Shown piece after piece: positions 1-10,163 of a stretch of DNA of 64,000 nucleotides. Position 1 is the first letter of the stretch, and the number at the start of each line of letters is the position of its first letter. The position numbers and the translations under genes are program-made. The DNA is taken from assembly GCA_963696385.1 (NCBI GenBank), contig CAVOKF010000007.1:1056001-1120000 (forward strand). Direction: 5' to 3'. The notes under the pieces were generated by a model, which saw only the letters and a list, made by a program, of their open reading frames with translations, made no database searches and had not been told where the DNA came from. The stretch comes from an uncultured delta proteobacterium (GTDB taxonomy: Bacteria; Myxococcota_A; Polyangia; Polyangiales; Polyangiaceae).

Positions 1-789
1 CAGCGCCTTCGACACTTTCGCTTCGACGACCGCCCACGTGCCGGTTCGCCGGACCACTCGATATCGCGTGATGGCATGACGTGGCTCGTAGCGGACGACG
101 TCGCGAGGGTGCACGCATGCATAGACCCGACGTTGATCCTTGGGATGATTCGCAAGAGGGAACTCGATCGTTCCTTCGTCCGGAAGCCCTTGCTCGGCGC
201 AGAGCAACGTATAGCTCTTGTCCAGGCGATCTTCCTTGAGCGCGAGCTTGAGTGCATCGAACGCGAGGGCCGTGCGGGCGACGACGACGGCTCCGCTCGT
301 CTCCGTGTCCAAGCGATGGATGATGCCTGGATCGCGCGGAGAGTGTCCGATGTACCCGTCGTCGGTCGGAACGAGCTCCGCGTAGCGGCCGAGCAGAGCG
401 TTCACCAACGTCCCTACCTCGCCGGATCGCAGCGGGGCCGTCGCCTGTCCGGACGGCTTGTCGACGACCACGACTTGTGGAGTCTCGAGCACGACGCGCA
501 GAGGCGCTCCTGGCGTCGCGACGGCCGCCGCATCGGCGACCTGGGCGACGTCGATGCGAAGTTGGTCTCCGCTCGCAACCGTTCCACCCTTCGCGGTCCT
601 TCGCCCGTTGACGCGCACGGCGCCGAGCTCGATCGCGCGCCGCACACGCGCTCGGCTGAGCTCCGGCAGCATCTCGACGATGGCCTTGTCGAGCCGGAGG
701 CCATCGAGCGATGCTGGCACGACGAGCTCGCGAATCTCGGGCACCGGACGGTGCGATTGCGAGTCATCGGGGGGCGCGGCGTCGTTCAT
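1..789 (-). CDS. RluA/RluD-family pseudouridine synthase (S4 domain + catalytic domain), 3' end runs off window
   Basis: Not in the ORF track because it has no stop in the window. Manual translation from ATG 789 gives an S4-like RLDKAIVEMLPELSRARVRRAIELGAVRVNG segment and the catalytic motif PGIIHRLDTETSG near 290-330. Confidence 0.9.
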   Translation of the reverse strand, partial: MNDAAPPDDSQSHRPVPEIRELVVPASLDGLRLDKAIVEMLPELSRARVRRAIELGAVRVNGRRTAKGGTVASGDQLRIDVAQVADAAAVATPGAPLRVVLETPQVVVVDKPSGQATAPLRSGEVGTLVNALLGRYAELVPTDDGYIGHSPRDPGIIHRLDTETSGAVVVARTALAFDALKLALKEDRLDKSYTLLCAEQGLPDEGTIEFPLANHPKDQRRVYACVHPRDVVRYEPRHAITRYRVVRRTGTWAVVEAKVSKAL

Positions 790-810
790 CGAGGCTCGAG
801 GGAGGGGGCC

Positions 811-1020
811 ATTGGTACCACGCTCGCGCCCTCGGCGCCGCTCGGCGCGCAACCCGTCGACGGACGAAGCGATCTCTACTCGGCAGCGACCGTTCCTGGC
901 GAAATGCTGGCGGGTCGAACGCCGTTTGGGTCGGACCAGGGCGAATTTCTCGTTCGCAACGACGAGGGCGATGCAGTCGCCCCACCCATCCGCAGGGGCC
1001 AGGCGCTGCAAGACGGGTGA
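811..1020 (+). pseudogene. Degenerate Ser/Thr kinase C-lobe fragment
   Basis: The frame reads QPVDGRSDLYSAATVPGEMLAGRTPF, resembling Hanks subdomain IX. No N-lobe, HRD or DFG motif and no clear start. Confidence 0.55.
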
Positions 1021-1057
1021 GATCGCGGCAGGGCGAAGCAGGTATCCTGGCTGCGCC

Positions 1058-2089
1058 GTGCTCGATTCGTTCGACAAGCTGCCCAACTGGTCGACCGCCG
1101 CAAGCTGCGCGCTGCTCTCGTTGGCGCTTGCGGCCTTTACTTACTGGTCGTTGCGCCGGTCGATGCGCCGCATCGCCGCGGCGCGGCGAACGAAGGGAAG
1201 CGAGGTGCTGGCGACAAGCATCCCGCGCCCAGCGGCCGTGGCCGTCTTTCTCCTGGCGATGACGAGCGGCCTGAGTGCCTTCCGCCTTCCAGGCGCCAGC
1301 CTCACGGAGCTTCATCGCCTGCTCGCGCTCGCCCTGTCGATCGTCGGCGTCTCCGTCCTCATGCGGATCGCCCTGCAGTCGATCGGCGTGTACAGCCACT
1401 CGAGCCCCGATTTTCGAATCGCCGCGGGCATCGGGCGCGCGGTGACGTGGGTCGTGGGACTGGGATGGGTGGCCGTGCTCGTCAGCGATGCCCTCGGCAT
1501 TTCGCTGGCCCCAGCTCTGACCGCGTTTGGCATCGGCTCGCTCGCCGTGGCTCTCGCGCTGCAGGACACTCTGTCGAATTTTTTCGCCGGCGTGTGCATC
1601 GTTTTCGACAAGCCGGTGCGCCTCGGCGACTTCATCCGTATCGATCCGAGCTACGACGGCTACGTCGAGTCGATCGGGTGGCGATCCACGCACATCCGCA
1701 CGCCGTCCAACACGATCGTCATCGTACCGAATACGACGCTCTCCAAGGCGATCATCACCAATTTTTCGCTTCCGACTCCGCAGGTCGCTTCGAGCGTGCG
1801 TATCGATGTTTCCGCCGACTCAGACATCGACCGAGTCGAAGAAGTTTTGACCGACGAGGCCCGGCGGGCGCTCGACGTGCCCGGTATGGTCCGGACCCCG
1901 GAGCCGAGCGTCGCACTCGCGCCGGGCTTCGTCGACGGCGGCGTCGGGTTCACGGTCTGCTTTCACGTTCGATCCATCGACGATCAGCCGGGAGTCCAAC
2001 ATGCGCTCCGCAAGCGCATTGCGGCACGCTTCAAAAAAGAACGCATTGCGTTCTCCACGGCCTCGGTCGCGCCGGGTCGGCGCGCATGA
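1058..2089 (+). CDS. mscS: Small-conductance mechanosensitive channel
   Basis: TM helices, then GIGSLAVALALQDTLSNFFAG...DKPVRLGDFI...GYVESIGWRSTHIRT...PN. GTG start at 1058 inferred. Confidence 0.9.
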   Translation: MLDSFDKLPNWSTAASCALLSLALAAFTYWSLRRSMRRIAAARRTKGSEVLATSIPRPAAVAVFLLAMTSGLSAFRLPGASLTELHRLLALALSIVGVSVLMRIALQSIGVYSHSSPDFRIAAGIGRAVTWVVGLGWVAVLVSDALGISLAPALTAFGIGSLAVALALQDTLSNFFAGVCIVFDKPVRLGDFIRIDPSYDGYVESIGWRSTHIRTPSNTIVIVPNTTLSKAIITNFSLPTPQVASSVRIDVSADSDIDRVEEVLTDEARRALDVPGMVRTPEPSVALAPGFVDGGVGFTVCFHVRSIDDQPGVQHALRKRIAARFKKERIAFSTASVAPGRRA

Positions 2090-2178
2090 CCGCGGCCGGG
2101 GCGGCGCCCGGCGAGCGCGGTCGCCCCGCGCGACCGTTTCTCTCGCGGCGTTGCCCTGAGACCAGGCACCGGGGACCC

Positions 2179-4470
2179 CTACGCGGCGGCTTCCTTCGCG
2201 TGGATCGTGACCGCCAAGGCTCCGAAGAGGGTCGCGAGCGGCGCGACCGCCAGCGGCGCGACGCCGAACGCGATCGCAAGCAGTGCGATCGATCCGGGTA
2301 TGGCGCCGAGCGCGATAGCGCCCCACGCCCGGCCTCGAGCAGCGCGTGGGATGGCGAGAGCGAGTGCCGCATGGCGCACGTCGTCGCTTGCGAGAGCGAC
2401 GGCCCACTCCCCGGGCGTCGATCCCGCGGCCCCCATCGCAACGGCGACGTCCGCAGCGCCGAGCGCGCCGTCGTCCATGGCCGGGTGCCCGATCACGCCG
2501 ACGATACTCCCGCCTTCCGCCAACGCGCGCACCTCGGCACCGCGATCCCCCGGCAGCACCTCGGGACGCACGTGATCGATGTCGAGGGCGCGACCGATCG
2601 TCTCGCAGGTCTCGCGGGCCTCGCCGCTCAACAGCACCGGCTCGATGCGCGCATCGAGTAGAGTCTGAACGGCCGCTCGCGCCCCAGCGCGCAGCCCGTC
2701 CTGGAGCGCGATGAGGCCGATCACACGTTCGCCGAGGGCGACGAGAAGCACACTACGGCCTTCGGCCTCCAGCGCGCTCACGCGGGCATCTGCCAAGGCG
2801 ACGCCGATCTTCTCTTCGAGCATGATGGCGCGGCCGCCCACGACCAACCGCTTGCCCGTCGACGAGAGTGCGGTCACCCCCAACCCCGCGTGGGCTGTGG
2901 CGTTTCTCACGGCATCGGGCCGAACTCCGCTCACCCGAGCTGCGCGCAAGACGGCCGAAGCGAACGGATGGGAGGACGCGGTCTCCGCGCCCGCTGCCAG
3001 TGCGAGCACACGGGTCGTTTCGTCCGAGCAAGGCGGTTCTTCACCGCCCTCGACAACGCGGGCGATCGGGCCGATGTTCTCGACAGCAACAATCTCGGGC
3101 TCGCCGAGAAGCACCGTTCCACGGGCGCTGAGGACGGCAATGTCGACGGTGCCGGCGCGCTCGAACGCACGAGCGTCCTTGTATGCGATCCCGTTCGCGA
3201 GCGCTTCGAGATGGGCCCGCGCGAATTGAAGGCCGACCCATGAGCAGACCGCCTTGACTCCGAACGCCATGGCGGCCGCACAGGCCGACGCCATCACCTC
3301 GACGGGCGTCGCGTTGCCGGCAAAGACCGCGACGCCCACGAGCGCCGCGGCCGTAGGTACGCCCCGTTCGATCACGTGGCGCAGCGTACGCACCGTCGGC
3401 GCGGCGACATCGATCCGCGCCGACGGAACCGAGAGGAGCTTGATCCACGCTCGATCTCGTCCCGACCAAGTCGTGGTCATTCGAAGGCGGTTCGATGTCA
3501 CTCGAGCGCCGGCAACGACCGGGTTGCCCTCGCGCTTCAGAACCTCGCTGCGAGCGCCGAGCCACGGCACGACGTGGGCCTCGCCCGCGATCACCGTCGC
3601 GTCGACGCCGATGAACTCTCCGCCCTCGACCACGACTGGCTCGCCCGGCCGGACGTCCCCGGCCGCCCGCTCGACCGTCAATCCGTCGTGAATCACCCGG
3701 ACCGTAACCTCGAGCGCATCCAGAACACTCCGGCGCGCCGCCTGAATGCGGAACCGGGCCCGCGCCACGAGCCGCTCGACGATGATCGCGACGCTGGCGC
3801 CGAGACCGGCGAGGACCGCAATGCCCACGGCACGCGGGTCATTCACCCGTTGAGCCCAACACGCCGCGACCACGGCGAGGGTCGTCGGTCCGACGACGAC
3901 CACCAGCGTATTGGGGTCCGCCGGATCGCGAGGGGAGCGCCCGACGCCGACAAGCAACGCGAGCCACGCAACGATGACGAGCGGCAGACGCACCGAATCG
4001 GCCATCGCGCCGAGCAATCCGATGGCCGGCGCAAGCACGCCGCAAACGATGCCCACGGCGTCGACACCGATGAACAGCCCGTGACCGTTGCGACCCGGAA
4101 TTCGAGCCTGTCGAGGCGTTTCGGCGTTCTCTAGCCCCGCTTCCAGAACGCCGGCCCCCGGAGCGACGTCGACTGCAACGTCGGCACCCTCCGCCGGTTC
4201 GGGCGCAGGGGACGACGCCCGCGGAAACTCCACGCAGGAGACCACCTGGGGCGGTGGCGCGGTGGCCACGTCTTGATCGCGCAGGCGACCGCGTGCATCC
4301 ACGTATTCGCGCTTGCACTCGGCGCGACAGAAATATTCGAATCTTCCGTCGAACACGGCGACGTGCCCGGCCCTCAGCGGATCGATGGGTTGCCCACAAC
4401 CCGGACACGCGAGGTGCGGCGCGATGGACATGCCGTGGCCAGCAAGGGTCGCCCGGGCCGCCGCTGTCAA
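2179..4470 (-). CDS. P1B (heavy-metal)-type ATPase-like protein with N-terminal Cys-rich TRASH/YHS-like domain; catalytic motifs degenerate
   Basis: P1B layout with CPGC...FCRAEC, SSHP, EVLPGDR and GAADVAVAMG. DKTGT is replaced by SARGT and GDGxND by GHPAMD; TGE and CPC are absent. Start 4470 (TTG) or 4431. Confidence 0.8.
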   Translation of the reverse strand: MTAAARATLAGHGMSIAPHLACPGCGQPIDPLRAGHVAVFDGRFEYFCRAECKREYVDARGRLRDQDVATAPPPQVVSCVEFPRASSPAPEPAEGADVAVDVAPGAGVLEAGLENAETPRQARIPGRNGHGLFIGVDAVGIVCGVLAPAIGLLGAMADSVRLPLVIVAWLALLVGVGRSPRDPADPNTLVVVVGPTTLAVVAACWAQRVNDPRAVGIAVLAGLGASVAIIVERLVARARFRIQAARRSVLDALEVTVRVIHDGLTVERAAGDVRPGEPVVVEGGEFIGVDATVIAGEAHVVPWLGARSEVLKREGNPVVAGARVTSNRLRMTTTWSGRDRAWIKLLSVPSARIDVAAPTVRTLRHVIERGVPTAAALVGVAVFAGNATPVEVMASACAAAMAFGVKAVCSWVGLQFARAHLEALANGIAYKDARAFERAGTVDIAVLSARGTVLLGEPEIVAVENIGPIARVVEGGEEPPCSDETTRVLALAAGAETASSHPFASAVLRAARVSGVRPDAVRNATAHAGLGVTALSSTGKRLVVGGRAIMLEEKIGVALADARVSALEAEGRSVLLVALGERVIGLIALQDGLRAGARAAVQTLLDARIEPVLLSGEARETCETIGRALDIDHVRPEVLPGDRGAEVRALAEGGSIVGVIGHPAMDDGALGAADVAVAMGAAGSTPGEWAVALASDDVRHAALALAIPRAARGRAWGAIALGAIPGSIALLAIAFGVAPLAVAPLATLFGALAVTIHAKEAAA

Positions 4471-5711
4471 GCGGTGCGCGAGGCCTCTGGATAGGATCGC
4501 GCAGGCGGCAGACGCAACTCGGAAAGCACGCGAGCGAGAGCGCGAACCCCCTCCTCGAGCTCGGAAGTCGACACGACCAGTGGCGGCGCGAACCGCAACA
4601 CGCGCTCACCGGCGGCGGTCAGCAGCAAGCCGGCTTCCAGGACTCGCGTCAACACGTCTCGGGCCACGAGTCCGGGCCGCAGAACGAGGCCCCGAAGAAG
4701 TCCTTCGCCGCGCGTGGACTCGCACACGTCGGGCATCTGCTGCACGAGCTGCTGCAAGAGAGCGTGGAGAAACTCGCCTTTCTCGCCCGCCCCCTCGACG
4801 AGATTCTCCTCGTCGAGGATGCGCAGGACGGCGAGCGCCGCCGAGCACGCCAGCGGGTTTCCGCCGAACGTGCAACCGTGGGTACCCGGGGGCAGGGCAC
4901 CCGCGACCCTCTCGGTCGCCAGCATGGCTCCGATGGGAAAGCCCCCGCCGAGCCCCTTTGCGAGAGCGACGGCGTCGGGCCGGACTCCAGTGCCATCGAT
5001 CGCAAGGAAGCGACCGAGCCTGCCGATACCCGTTTGCACTTCGTCCACGACGAGCAGTGCGCCGCAGGCATCGGCGATGGCGCGAAGACGTGCGAGAAAT
5101 CCAGGTGGGGCCGGGGTCACGCCGCCCTCACCCTGGATGGCTTCGACGATAATGGCGCAGACGTCCCGACCCATGGCCCGTTCGACGGCATCGCCGTCCC
5201 CGTACGGCACGTGCGTGACGGGCCCGAGCGGCCCGAATCCTTCCCGATACTTGGCTGTGCCCGTCATCGAAAGCGCACCCAGCGTTCGCCCGTGAAAGCC
5301 GCCCTCGAACGCGACGACGCGAACGCGATCGGGCTGGCCCATCCCGAAAAAATGATGGCGTGCGAGCTTGAGAAGCGCCTCATTGGCTTCCGTCCCGGAG
5401 TTGCAGAAAAACGCACGGTCGAACCCCGTGCGGCGGCAAAGCTCGGCGGCCAAATGGATATTCGGTCCGTTGTAAAAGTAGTTCGACACGTGCAGAAGCG
5501 TCGCCGCTTGATCGGCGATGGCGCGGGCCAGAGCAGGGTGCGCGTGGCCGACCGAGCACACCGCAATTCCAGCGCTCAAGTCGAGAAAGCGAGCGCCATC
5601 GGCATCGAACAACTCGCAACCGCGCCCGCGCACGAACGCCAGCGGCGCTGGCTTGTAGTTGGGGTAAAGATGCTTGCGCGCGAGCGCGACGAGGTCGGAG
5701 TTCGTGGACAT
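4467..5711 (-). CDS. argD: Acetylornithine aminotransferase (class III PLP enzyme)
   Basis: Motifs FCNSGTEANE, FHGRT, DEVQTGIGR, AKGLGGG, HGCTFGGNPL. Confidence 0.9.
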   Translation of the reverse strand: MSTNSDLVALARKHLYPNYKPAPLAFVRGRGCELFDADGARFLDLSAGIAVCSVGHAHPALARAIADQAATLLHVSNYFYNGPNIHLAAELCRRTGFDRAFFCNSGTEANEALLKLARHHFFGMGQPDRVRVVAFEGGFHGRTLGALSMTGTAKYREGFGPLGPVTHVPYGDGDAVERAMGRDVCAIIVEAIQGEGGVTPAPPGFLARLRAIADACGALLVVDEVQTGIGRLGRFLAIDGTGVRPDAVALAKGLGGGFPIGAMLATERVAGALPPGTHGCTFGGNPLACSAALAVLRILDEENLVEGAGEKGEFLHALLQQLVQQMPDVCESTRGEGLLRGLVLRPGLVARDVLTRVLEAGLLLTAAGERVLRFAPPLVVSTSELEEGVRALARVLSELRLPPARSYPEASRTA

Positions 5712-5750
5712 CAATCGGGCAGTTAGCATACCGCCGCGCTACCGAGCGGC

Positions 5751-6549
5751 CTATCCCCCGCCACCCCGATGGCGCAGGATCGCCTGCGCGATCTCGGCGA
5801 AGCCTTCGCCCATCGGCCGGTCCGCGACGTAACGAGGGGGCACGGTCAGCCGGCTCAAGCTCGTCCGCACGTTGGAGACTCCAAAGGTCACCCGGAATGC
5901 CGCAAAGCATGGCGCGTCATTGCCGCTGTCGCCGATGAAGGCGAAGTGGGCCAGCGCGGCGCCGGCTTCATCGCCGAGCTCGCGAATGCAAAAGCGCAGC
6001 GCCCCGCTCGCCTTGTCGTCGGTATCGAACGTCGCGTGCAAATGGACGCTCGACCGTGACCATCGCGCGCCCACCCGCTCGATTTCGTTCCACGATCGAT
6101 CGGATGCGATCCTCAGGCAGCCTCGTCCGCTCGCCGACGTCCCACGTGACATCGCTCCGTCGGAGGTCGTTGTCGTCGGTGAGGCGAGCCTCCGGGACCG
6201 CCCCGCGAACGGTTTCGACCAGGTTCGCGAGTCGCTTTCGGCGGGATCGGCGCTCGAATTCGTCACACGCTTCGTGGCGAACCACTCCGGGACCGTCCCG
6301 TACGATGTAGACGGCCCCGTTTTCCGTGACGCAGCCGGCGACCGGCCATTGCCGCGCCAAGACCTCCCCCCACCCGGATGGGCGTCCGGTGACGGCTACC
6401 AATGCGAGCCCCGCGTCGCTCAAGCTCCATAGAGCGTCGTAGGCCCGACGCGTCAAGCGGCCGTGGGTGAGCAGCGTGTCGTCCAGGTCGAAGAGGACTC
6501 CGCGAAGGCGGCGGGCTTCGTCAGGGGGCAAGAGCGACGCCGGCTTCAT
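5751..6549 (-). CDS. HAD-IIB family hydrolase, split by a +1 frameshift near 6081-6091
   Basis: N-half has DLDDTL and TGR in ORF 5968..6549. C-half has K and GDSGND in ORF 5751..6266. Removing one base joins them. Confidence 0.8.
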
Positions 6550-6560
6550 GAGAGTTCGCC

Positions 6561-7758
6561 TCAGGGCCCAGCGCTACCGCGCGGCTCGACGCGCGCGATC
6601 AACGCCTTGAGGTAAAGCCCCTCTCCGAACGCCGCCGGGACCGGATGATCGGGTCCCTGAAACCATCGCTCGATGACGATCGCTTGCGCGTTGGCATGGG
6701 CGGCACCGGTAGCGAGCGCCCGCGTCAGCGACCCCAGATCCACCGTCGCGGAGCACGAGCAGAGAACGAGAAGGCCACCGGGATGCGTCGCCCGACATCC
6801 GTTCTCGGCCAGCTTCGCGTAGGCGACGAGCGCCTGCTCGCGCGCCGCACGTGTCGGCGCAAGCCTCGGCGGGTCGACAATCACCAGATCGAACGACCCG
6901 CTGGCGTGGGCCAAAACCTGCCGCGCATCGTCCTTGACGAACGCCACCCGATCGCCCACTGCATTCATCGACGCGCATTCGGCCCCCACCTCAAGCGCAA
7001 GGGCACTCTCGTCGACCGCGATGACCTCGCGCGCACCACCGCGAGCCGCCGCGATCGCAAAGGCACCCACGTACGCATAGGCGTCTAGAACGCGCTTGTC
7101 CCGGGCGAGCTCTTCGACGCGCGCCCGCAACAATCGCTGATCGAAGTAGAATCCGGTCTTTTGCCCGAGCTCGAGCGGAATTCGGAAGCGAAGCCCGCGT
7201 TCGCTGAATTCGAAAGTGTTCACGGCGTCGCCGAAGACGACGCCCGAGCTCGGTCGGAACCTTTCGAGCTTGGCGGTCTGGGCGCTCGTCCGATCGACAA
7301 TCGTGCGTGGACCCGCAACCGCCGCGAGGGCCTGGACCACCATGCTCTCGCGTTGCTTCATCCCGAGGGTGCCGACTTGGATGGCGAGCACCTCAGCGTA
7401 CCGATCGACGATGAGTCCGGGAAGGCCGTCGCCCTCGGCGTGCACCACGCGAAAGCCCGTCGTGGGCTCGCCCGCCAACCCGATCGAATCTACGGACGAC
7501 GAGGGCATGCTCGAAGCGGGCCCGAAAGAAGGACGCATCGAGTCGCGTATCGGCGTCACGAACGAGCAGGCGCACGGGAATCGCCGATCCCGGCGAGTAG
7601 AAGCCACGCCCGAGCAGCTTCCCGCGGGGATCCTCGACACAAACTTCGTCGCCGGGCGCAGGATTTCCCTCCACACGGTCGACGGCCTGCGCATAAACCC
7701 AGGGGTGTCCCGCCCAGACCGGCTGCACATGGCCCGGCTTGAGCCGTACGGTGGACAT
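6561..7758 (-). CDS. rlmI: RlmI-type SAM-dependent rRNA methyltransferase (PUA domain), +1 frameshift at ~7487
   Basis: GHPWVY PUA N-terminus in ORF 7393..7758. EGDGLPGLIVDRY, GQKTGFYFDQR, VDPP and DHP in ORF 6561..8462. Confidence 0.85.
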
Positions 7759-8027
7759 GATGGCGGAGCTTGTAGGCGCGGACTCGACCGCCGTCGAATG
7801 GCCGCTTGAGCCCCGGTTGAGCCGCCTCGAGTCGATGAGGGGCTACGGGCCCGCAGTGAACGAGCGTGAACAGCTCTTGCCGGCAACGCCGAGCAGACGT
7901 TGATTTTCGCCCCGCCCGGGCTCAAGCTGGGTGGCACTTCGATTGCAGATCGATTCTCGTCGTGAGAGTCGCGACTGTCGCCAAGCGCCGCGCCATCCGG
8001 TCTGGCCCCAAAGGGAAGTAACGCGTC

Positions 8028-9059
8028 ATGACGAATGCCCTCCTCTCTTCGACCGCCGCCATCGCCTTGGCGCTTGCCCTTCCCGCGACAGCGTCCGCGC
8101 AATCGACACCGAGTGGCGCGAACGCCTGCGCACCGGGGAGCTGGTTTTGCGCCGAAGCGCCGGAGCCGCAGGCAGCACCGGCAGCAAGGTCGGTCCAGCG
8201 CCTCGAGCCATTGCCCGATCCGGACGAGCAGGCGCCTCCGCCGGCCGACGACACCCCACCTCCCCGGACCACTCGTCGACCGCATCGGATACCGCCGCCG
8301 CCTCCGCCTCCCGGATACGTGTATCCTCCTGCGCCCCCGCCGACCGCATTCCCGCCGCCCGAAGGCCCCCCGAGCGAATACGCCCCTGCCGTGCGCGAAC
8401 CGCTGTCGCGGCCGCGTGAATGGGGGTTGGCCTTGCGCGTCGAAGGAGCGCTCATCGGACACGGGGCGGGCAACGCCGGAATGGGTGGGGCGGGCGTGGG
8501 TCTACGCTACAAGCCGAACCGTCGCTTCGGAATCGAAGCGGATCTCGATATCGTTGGAGGCACCGACTACCAGGACGATCACCGAACCGAAACGGCGTTT
8601 GCCTTCAACGGACTGTTCTTCCTAAACCCCAAATCGCCCGCGCAGCTCTACGTGCTCGCGGGTTTCGGGTGGTCCAGTGCCCACGTGACGTGCGATTCCG
8701 GAACGAGTTGCGCGGCCGCGGCCGCGGAACCGATCGATCGGCAGTACACGTACTTCGGAGGTCAAATCGGCGGAGGCCTTGAGCTTCGTTTGAGCCGCGT
8801 GATCGCCCTCAATGCGGACGTGCGAGGATTCATCCGGACCCGCATCGACGGTCAGGCCGCTTCGGAGCCGGAATTCGTCGACGCCTACGGGCGGACAACC
8901 AACACTTCGGGCGGCGGGCTCGTGTCCGGCGGAATGGTCCTCTATTTCGAGAGAGAAATCCGCCCGGGGGGCCGACGCCGAGCGCCTCGCTCCCCACCGG
9001 TCGGCTCTTCTCGCGCCGGTCGACGTCCCCTCAATCGAGCGTGTCGTCTCCCTCGATGA
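8028..9059 (+). CDS. Outer-membrane beta-barrel protein with Pro-rich N-terminal linker; true C-terminus probably at ~8948
   Basis: Signal peptide, Pro-rich tract, then alternating beta strands ending GGMVLYF, followed by an atypical tail that overlaps the next gene. Confidence 0.7.
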   Translation: MTNALLSSTAAIALALALPATASAQSTPSGANACAPGSWFCAEAPEPQAAPAARSVQRLEPLPDPDEQAPPPADDTPPPRTTRRPHRIPPPPPPPGYVYPPAPPPTAFPPPEGPPSEYAPAVREPLSRPREWGLALRVEGALIGHGAGNAGMGGAGVGLRYKPNRRFGIEADLDIVGGTDYQDDHRTETAFAFNGLFFLNPKSPAQLYVLAGFGWSSAHVTCDSGTSCAAAAAEPIDRQYTYFGGQIGGGLELRLSRVIALNADVRGFIRTRIDGQAASEPEFVDAYGRTTNTSGGGLVSGGMVLYFEREIRPGGRRRAPRSPPVGSSRAGRRPLNRACRLPR

Positions 9060-10140
9060 GGGAGGAATCGGGCGGAGGCACGAGCGCACTCGAGGAAGCC
9101 GACGAAGCGGGCTCGGGCGACATCAGGGTGCGGACGAGATCCGCGCGGTTGTTGGCCCCGAGCTTCGCGTAAAGGCGGCGAACGTACGTGCGTACGGTGT
9201 TCTCGCTCAGGCCGGAGATCGCCGCGACGTTCACTCCGCTGTAGCCCGCCATGAGCAGTCGGGCGATTTCGCGTTCGCGCTTGCTCAGCCCGTCCAGTCC
9301 CGGCCGCTTGTCGGGAGCCTCGACCCTTACGACCGCACAGCGTGCGCCGCCGAACACCGGATCGCCCTCGATTCGCGCGATGGCGACGACCGTGCCGCTC
9401 GGCAGCCTCTGGGGCGTCGGCAGCGCGTCGCCCCGGGCTCGCGACGCGAGCGATTGTTCCGCCACATCGACCAGGCGCTCTTCGATAGGCTCCACGTCGT
9501 CGTGCCAATCGATGCCTCGCTCGCGATCGGCCGCGAACACGACGCGTTTGCGGTCTCGGTCGACCACGTAAATGGCGCCGTTGACTTTGCCTAGCGCGCG
9601 GAGCGCGGCCGCCTCCCGAGCCAACTCGTCGTACTGCAGGTGGACACGCGCCCCGGCGACGATGAACGGCGCGAGCTTCTCGAGCGCCAGCTTATCCGCA
9701 TCCTCGAAGCCTGGATCGCGCTGGCGACGCTCGAGTCCGGCCAAACCGAAAAGAACGCCTCCCTCGTGCAAAAAGAGCAACAGGCTCGTGAAGAACCCGT
9801 CGGGCCCCGAGTAGTCGCGAAAGTACGGCAGCTCGGCGCGCTCGCTGTCGGGCCACAGCTCGCTCGCCAAATACGCGCGACGGCCCCCGGCTACGACGTC
9901 CTTCGGATCGAACCCGAAGGCGACGGAGAGACGCGTTCCGCCTTCGACCGGAACGGCCGCGCCGCTGCCATCGACGATCCGGGTCGCATCCGAATAGGCT
10001 CGTGCGTCATCCTTGCCGAAGAAGCAGAACCCACTGGGGGCCGGGACCAGTGCCCGCATGGCATCGATGACTCGGCGGCGGAAACTCGCGCGCGTCCCTG
10101 GCAGAGATACCTGGAGTTGAGCGGCTTGGAGCTTGTCCAC
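9031..10140 (-). CDS. LuxR-family HTH transcriptional regulator with N-terminal GAF-like sensor region
   Basis: C-terminal LSKREREIARLLMAGYS...ISGLSENTVRTYVRRLYAKLG. Confidence 0.85.
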   Translation of the reverse strand: MDKLQAAQLQVSLPGTRASFRRRVIDAMRALVPAPSGFCFFGKDDARAYSDATRIVDGSGAAVPVEGGTRLSVAFGFDPKDVVAGGRRAYLASELWPDSERAELPYFRDYSGPDGFFTSLLLFLHEGGVLFGLAGLERRQRDPGFEDADKLALEKLAPFIVAGARVHLQYDELAREAAALRALGKVNGAIYVVDRDRKRVVFAADRERGIDWHDDVEPIEERLVDVAEQSLASRARGDALPTPQRLPSGTVVAIARIEGDPVFGGARCAVVRVEAPDKRPGLDGLSKREREIARLLMAGYSGVNVAAISGLSENTVRTYVRRLYAKLGANNRADLVRTLMSPEPASSASSSALVPPPDSSLIEGDDTLD

Positions 10141-10163
10141 GAGGCATGCCTATACTGCGACGT

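Noticed and set aside
76..810. ORF 76..1020 (+) as a real gene
   Set aside because: It is the antisense shadow of the pseudouridine synthase; only its 3' tail looks kinase-derived.
2088..2123. GC hairpin between convergent mscS and the ATPase-like gene as a terminator
   Set aside because: There is no U-tract, and such stems arise by chance at this GC content.
5751..7758. Programmed frameshifting or pseudogenisation of the HAD and rlmI-like genes
   Set aside because: No slippery heptamer or other decay is seen; sequencing error is more parsimonious, though unproven.
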